From NCBI GenBank assembly GCA_038207335.1, contig JBBQZX010000028.1, positions 15,149-79,148 of the forward strand: a DNA stretch of 64,000 nucleotides. Reading direction: 5' to 3'. Shown here piece by piece: positions 60,201 through 64,000 of this stretch (positions are counted from its first letter, which is position 1; the number at the start of each line of letters is the position of its first letter). This stretch comes from Chthoniobacterales bacterium. Its GTDB lineage: Bacteria; Verrucomicrobiota; Verrucomicrobiia; Chthoniobacterales; Chthoniobacteraceae. The translations under genes were made by a program, and so were the position numbers. A model generated the notes under the pieces. That model worked only from the letters and a program-made list of their open reading frames with translations. It was not told the DNA's origin and searched no databases.

Positions 60201-60315
60201 GAAAATCCTCACCCTCCAGACCCGCAAACGCGACATCGTCAATGCCACCATCGAGAGCGAGCAGCCCCTCATGGAAGGCCTCACCACGGCCGACATCGAG
60301 GCGCTCATCGGGTAG
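57262..60315 (+). CDS. SWIM zinc-finger SNF2-family helicase/ATPase
   Basis: CVC..CEH (SWIM); LRPYQ, LADEMGLGKT, DEAQ, TGTPVEN, FSQF, QATDRAHRIGQ. Confidence 0.95.
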   Translation: MIELTERLLSDAGGWQALKQARSLHEMGRVMEATYEPPMLQGKVRVGDSELRSGLRILTKSNIENLCVCRASKQYGTICEHALAIGLAVLKPRATAGPMKVVETGPAPVLKPIFSSEGEGTPLELFVILAPNFAAMWERNSITLGAEVAVAGKRALLSALDRTRDYRCAPDDVEAVGKLREMAGGELPGMAMLTRVQFVDFLGALAGHPRVTFGKTTAVKVEATGVQPRLAITRGADGSATLRAEIPGEGKLLAGGAQAWLLRGETFVPVAPGLPAAYADLLVREITIPAEGAEQFLSRELPALAAFFEIDAALVPAARSFVEAPRETSEFSLKLEGSLNFLAAELTCRRGEKHIAVGGAGYPAGNPDESAALGRLQRAGFAAPDAKGQLMLKGEAAILAFFARDLPRLEREWKVTIGERFQHVTRDVERIAPRLEIRSSGERWFDLNVELATPDGERFSAAEIQRLLQSGRGSVKLKNGKTAVFDPGLLDEFQNVLKDCNPQQKQPGQYRIERQHAAYLEGAANDGGLVIASTPEWRSWATAPRQLERLTPFPLGDLEGVLRPYQKQGVYWLHFLAQNGWGGILADEMGLGKTVQMLAFLRSLRGRTLVVCPSSLIYNWQREAARFAPDLKVLALAGAKRHELFPRIAESNLILTSYPLLRRDAEKYRSVKFDAMVLDEAQHIKNPESQNAQSAQTIDARHRFVLTGTPVENSVRDIWSIMNFLMPGYLGTRADFKERFEQPIAGAPGGAEQRRLVQRLKPFILRRLKKTVAPELPDKIEQVAFCELSGAQAETYKKLLDSTRREVSQLAGTKDQNKARMLMLTALLRLRQACCDLRLLGLENVEPAECSAKLELLEELLQEALDGGHRVIVFSQFVSMLALIRDQLTAADTPFCYLDGSTKDRAAVVDRFQTGEVPVFLMSLKAGGVGLNLTAADTVIHFDPWWNPAVEAQATDRAHRIGQKSVVTAYKLIARGTVEEKILTLQTRKRDIVNATIESEQPLMEGLTTADIEALIG

Positions 60316-60401
60316 AAAGCGGCTGCCGCTGCTGCCTTCCGCGCGCGGGCGAAATTTCCCTTTGACATCACTTCAGGCCGCTTCCCACAGTCCCGCCCGG
60401 C

Positions 60402-61703
60402 ATGAACCGGACCGAGGCCCCACGGAAATCCGCACGGAGGAAACGCACCCCCGTCTCCCGTCCCCGTCCCGTCACCGCGCATCGCCGCCTCCTCACTGAA
60501 GTCCTCGCCACCGACTTCCCGTATCCCGCCGAACGCTTCCACGGCCGCGGCATCGTCATCTGCGGCGGCGGCCTCAAATACCTCCCGTGCGCCTGGGTCT
60601 GCCTCCAGATGCTCCGCCACCTCGGCTGCACCCTCCCCATCGAGCTCTGGCACCTCGGCCCCCGCGAAATGCCCGGGGAAATGCGCGCCCTCCTCGCCCC
60701 ACTCGGCGTCACCTGCATCGACGCGACCCGCCTCCTCCCCCGGCACCCCGCCCGCCGCCTCCAGGGCTGGGAGCTCAAGTGCTACGCCATCCTCCACAGC
60801 CACTTCCGCGAAGTCCTCCTCCTCGACGCCGACAACGTCCCCGTCCTCGACCCCACCTACCTCTTCGACACCCCCGAATATCGCGCAAAAGGCGCCATCT
60901 TCTGGCCCGACTTCGAGCACCTCCAGCCCGAGCGCCCCATCTGGAAAATCCTCGGCCTCCCCTATCGCGACGAACCCGAAGTCGAAAGCGGCCAGCTCCT
61001 CATCGACAAAAAACCGAGCTGGCGCGCCCTCCAGCTCGCCTGGCACCTGAACGACCACAGCGACTACTACTACCTCCACATCTACGGCGACAAAGAAACC
61101 TTCCACCTCGGCTGGCACCTCGCCGGCACCCCCTACGCCCAGCCCGCCCGCGGCATCTACTACCTCACCTCCACCATGTGCCAGCACGACTTCCAGGGCC
61201 GGCGCCTCTTCCAGCATCGGAACTTCGCCAAATGGCAGCTCCACGGTGAAAATCCCCGCATCCCCGGCTTCTGGCACGAAGCCGAATGCCTCACCTTCCT
61301 CGCCACCCTCCGCGCCCACTGGGATGGACTTCCCCCCGGCATCCGCCGCTGGCGACCCACCCGCCGCGGCTCCCTCGAGCACGAAGCCGCCGCCGCCCTC
61401 TGCGCCCACCCCTGGCTCTACCGCCGCCTCGGCCACGACGAACGCCCCATGACCTTCACCCCCGATGGCCGCATCGCCCGCGGCGCCGCCTCCTGCGAAC
61501 ACTTCTGGGACCTCCGCGCCCACGCCGGCCGCCTCCATCTGGAAATCTTCAGCCCCACCGACAAAACCCTCACCGCCACCCTCCACCCCGACGGCACCTA
61601 CCGCGGCCACTGGCTCCTGTTCGAAATGATGGCGGTAGAATTTGCGCCCCTTCCACTTCCCATGCTACAAACCCCTTTACCCGTTTCTCCTCTCTCCTAT
61701 TAG
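60402..61703 (+). CDS. GT71/Mnn2-like alpha-mannosyltransferase with a C-terminal extra domain
   Basis: RGIVI, LPIELW, K.YAILHS.F.EVLLLDADN, GAIFWPD, ESGQLLIDK and GDKETF motifs in order. Confidence 0.82.
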   Translation: MNRTEAPRKSARRKRTPVSRPRPVTAHRRLLTEVLATDFPYPAERFHGRGIVICGGGLKYLPCAWVCLQMLRHLGCTLPIELWHLGPREMPGEMRALLAPLGVTCIDATRLLPRHPARRLQGWELKCYAILHSHFREVLLLDADNVPVLDPTYLFDTPEYRAKGAIFWPDFEHLQPERPIWKILGLPYRDEPEVESGQLLIDKKPSWRALQLAWHLNDHSDYYYLHIYGDKETFHLGWHLAGTPYAQPARGIYYLTSTMCQHDFQGRRLFQHRNFAKWQLHGENPRIPGFWHEAECLTFLATLRAHWDGLPPGIRRWRPTRRGSLEHEAAAALCAHPWLYRRLGHDERPMTFTPDGRIARGAASCEHFWDLRAHAGRLHLEIFSPTDKTLTATLHPDGTYRGHWLLFEMMAVEFAPLPLPMLQTPLPVSPLSY

Positions 61704-61724
61704 GCGGCATAGCGTGCCGATCCA

Positions 61725-62249
61725 ATGATGAAAACCCCCATCGCAATTCTATCATTCCTTCTCCTCTCGCTCGGTGTCTCCGCTTTTGCGCAGACGCCGA
61801 AGGGAATCGACGGATTTCTCGACATGCTGTGGGGCACTCCTACACAAGACGCGAAACAGAAAATGCTTGAGCGTCCCGGTGTCACTTTCAAGCGCAACGT
61901 GCCGGGCGGGATCATTTTTAGTGGCGGCGTTTTCGCTGGCCGCCCCGCCAATACTTTTGCGCTCCTATTCTCTGGAGGTCGCCTCTATCGCGGCGATGTC
62001 TCACTGAATCCAGCAGGCAACCGCCATGAGGTCTATGAATCGATCAAAAAGGAACTGATTACCAAATACGGACCTCCTGCCAAGTCAGGAAAAGACGGAT
62101 TTACCCGTTGGACATTCCATTCGACGACGTTTCATTCGGATGATGAGGCGCTGGAATTGTCGGTTGGACAGAAGTTTAACGAAGTCAACTTGTCCTATAT
62201 CAACGAATCGATGGCCAAGGCATCCAACGGCGGTAAAGGAGAACTGTGA
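61725..62249 (+). CDS. Hypothetical exported protein
   Basis: Signal peptide (..SAFA); GF....WG and LITKYGPP patterns; lower GC. Confidence 0.7.
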   Translation: MMKTPIAILSFLLLSLGVSAFAQTPKGIDGFLDMLWGTPTQDAKQKMLERPGVTFKRNVPGGIIFSGGVFAGRPANTFALLFSGGRLYRGDVSLNPAGNRHEVYESIKKELITKYGPPAKSGKDGFTRWTFHSTTFHSDDEALELSVGQKFNEVNLSYINESMAKASNGGKGEL

Positions 62250-62272
62250 TTCCACCAATGATTCCTTTTCCC

Positions 62273-62379
62273 CTCGTGCCGAAGTTCCACTTCGGCACGC
62301 GCTTATCCCCGAAGCTCTGTTTCGCCACGCACACGTCCCGCGAAACCGTCCAGCGACGAAGCACAGCTTCGGGGACGAG
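62273..62379. repeat. REP/REPIN-like palindromic element
   Basis: ctcgtgccgaagttccacttcggcacg...ccccgaagctctgtttcg...cgaagcacagcttcggggacgag: nested hairpins bounded by CTCGT/ACGAG. Confidence 0.7.
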
Positions 62380-62420
62380 ATAAAAAACCAAACCAAAGTA
62401 ACCAACAGAAAACAGCAACT

Positions 62421-62798
62421 ATGAAAAACAACATCACCGCCATGATCGCCGCTGCCACCATGTTCGCAGCGCCCATCACTGTCCTCGCCGGCCCATACCG
62501 CAGCGCCATAGTTCGCGGAGGCAATGAGGAAGCACACTTAATGATTGACGTTCCCAAAGGTAAGGCCATCGCGATTACAAACTTCGCTGACACGTTGCCC
62601 GATATTTCCAAAAGCATCGTTGGCGTAAACATCAACGGTGAGATCGCTGTGATCTTGCAGGCCGTTTTGGCCAGCCAAAACAGCACTGAAGGACAGCCGA
62701 ACAATCGCGAGGTCATCGTTGTCGGCCCCGCAACCGTCTCGGTCAACACGTCGGTGGGACAAATCGCTTTCATTTCCTACCGCATTTTCGCGAATTAA
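62421..62798 (+). CDS. Small hypothetical exported beta-rich protein
   Basis: Signal peptide (..VLA); A-rich 5' leader; plausible codon usage. Confidence 0.7.
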   Translation: MKNNITAMIAAATMFAAPITVLAGPYRSAIVRGGNEEAHLMIDVPKGKAIAITNFADTLPDISKSIVGVNINGEIAVILQAVLASQNSTEGQPNNREVIVVGPATVSVNTSVGQIAFISYRIFAN

Positions 62799-62997
62799 CC
62801 GCAACTCCTAAACGTGCTCTGCAGCAAACAGCTTAGCAGTAAGCGAACTGGCATGACTCCTTTGATTCTCGACTCCACCACCAGCGTGGCGCCGGCGGGC
62901 CAAAGGCCGGAGACAAGCCAGCCTACGGCAAAACCGTGGGGAACCAGTCTGAATCGCAAGATGGAGGATTTGAGACAGTTTTGGGGGCTTTGCCTAC

Positions 62998-63333
62998 GGT
63001 TGCAGTTGACTGCAATCCGTTTTTTCGGACTGGGAATCGGGTTGCAGACGACTGCAACGCGGTTTTTTCGATGGGGAAATGGGATGCAGCGAGATGCGGG
63101 GCGGTTTGGCGGATGGGGAAGGGGGGCGCAGGTGGGTGCGGGGCGATTCTTCGGACGGTGGGTCGGGACGCGGGCAGGTGCCGGGCGGTTTGGCGGGTGC
63201 GGGAGCGGTGGGCGGGTGGCGGCGGGGTGGTTTCCAGGCTGGGGAAACGGGTGGCGGTGGCTGGAGACGCGATTTTTGCGCTCTCGAAACGGGCGGGAGA
63301 TGAGGGTGGGCCGGTTTTTGGGACTGCTTTTTG
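62998..63333. repeat. Degenerate 42-bp tandem array (8 units)
   Basis: Units start at 62998, 63040, 63082, 63124, 63166, 63208, 63250 and 63292 with no indels; each has a (g/c)cg(g/a)tt(t)-type core at the same offset. Confidence 0.85.
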
Positions 63334-63380
63334 ATCTGATTTTCACTGCAAACCAACCTCAATGAACCCCACCGCACACC

Positions 63381-64000
63381 ATGTCTGATACCGCCGCCCA
63401 GGAAGCACTCCTCCACGCCGACCTGATCCTTCGCGTCAATGCCCCGCTTTCCGGCTACGACCGACGAAAGCTGAACGCGCTGCTCCTGAGCGACCTGACC
63501 GCCGCCCGGACGGATGCCGGGCAGAAATATAGCGCCGCGAATTTCGCCGCGGGCGATCAGGCGGGCGCGAGTCGCCGGGTCTTCGAGGCGCGGGAGAAGA
63601 TCGGGGGACTGATCCGCAACGCCCAAAGTGCGATTTTAGCCCTGCCCGAGGAGGACGTGCCGGAGGCCGACCGGATCGATGCACTGGTGACGCTCGGCTT
63701 TGTGGGCGGCAACGTGGGCAATCTCCGCGACGGGGCGCATCTGGCGGCGCTGGCGGCGGATATCCTCGCGGGGAATCCGGGGCTGCCGACGATCGTGCGC
63801 GTGCCGGCGGGGATCATCACGCGGCTGAGTAATTGGGTGGGGATTTTGAATGCGAATCAGGGGCTCGCCGATGGGGATTCGCGCGAGGAGGTGACCGCGC
63901 AAAAGGACGTCACGCGGGAGCTGCTGATCGCGCGCATCGGCCGGGTGCGCCTTTACATCGCCAGCACGAGCGACATCGGCGAACGGGAGCCGGGCCTCGC
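63381..64000 (+). CDS. Hypothetical alpha-helical protein, runs off the window end
   Basis: ATG 63381 (MSDTAAQEALLHADL...) is open to base 64000 with typical codon usage; absent from the ORF track because it has no stop in the window. Confidence 0.75.
   Translation, partial: MSDTAAQEALLHADLILRVNAPLSGYDRRKLNALLLSDLTAARTDAGQKYSAANFAAGDQAGASRRVFEAREKIGGLIRNAQSAILALPEEDVPEADRIDALVTLGFVGGNVGNLRDGAHLAALAADILAGNPGLPTIVRVPAGIITRLSNWVGILNANQGLADGDSREEVTAQKDVTRELLIARIGRVRLYIASTSDIGEREPGL

Noticed and set aside
9027..61610. Many long Arg/Pro/His-rich alternative-frame ORFs (e.g. 3115-4809, 13419-14687, 39043-40440, 60168-61610)
   Set aside because: Shadow frames of high-GC genes with no recognisable motifs.
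62998..63333. Possible CRISPR array (also considered for 8611-8765)
   Set aside because: No invariant repeat alternating with unique spacers, and no cas genes in the window.
62795..63365. ORFs on both strands across the 42-bp array called as genes
   Set aside because: Low-complexity translations with weak starts; openness follows from the 3n period. Left uncalled, though not excluded.

Overview
High-GC bacterial window that looks like Verrucomicrobiota/PVC DNA (PEP-CTERM proteins, DUF1501, PVC-type heme/beta-propeller proteins); the taxonomy is inferred. Most of it is ordinary. Core genes are proA, proC, bioF, kdsA-lptC-lptA-lptB-hpf-pgi, a histidine kinase/sigma54 regulator/glnD block, rpsO-pnp, parA and a SWIM-SNF2 helicase. 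Transport and envelope genes include an RND pump, a NitT/TauT ABC transporter, MscS, a GNAT plus two SMR-type genes and two cytochrome c fusions. An accessory patch at about 4.8-8.8 kb stands out. It holds a nested-palindrome MITE and an integrase-less integron remnant: an attI-like site, one intact cassette with a full attC, and collapsed attC sites. It also holds an intact and a decayed copy of a sigma-like/HTH gene; each copy is followed by a terminator, a GTCCCC..GGGGAC palindrome and CGTCCG-N3-CGTCCG motifs (five in total). Other oddities are a ~9 kb frameshifted PEP-CTERM/PA14 surface protein, a fungal-type GT71 mannosyltransferase, and three degenerate 21/42-bp tandem arrays that sit where same-strand genes switch from C-rich to G-rich synonymous codons. 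No tRNA, rRNA or CRISPR array was seen. All family calls come from motif recognition by eye, not database searches.
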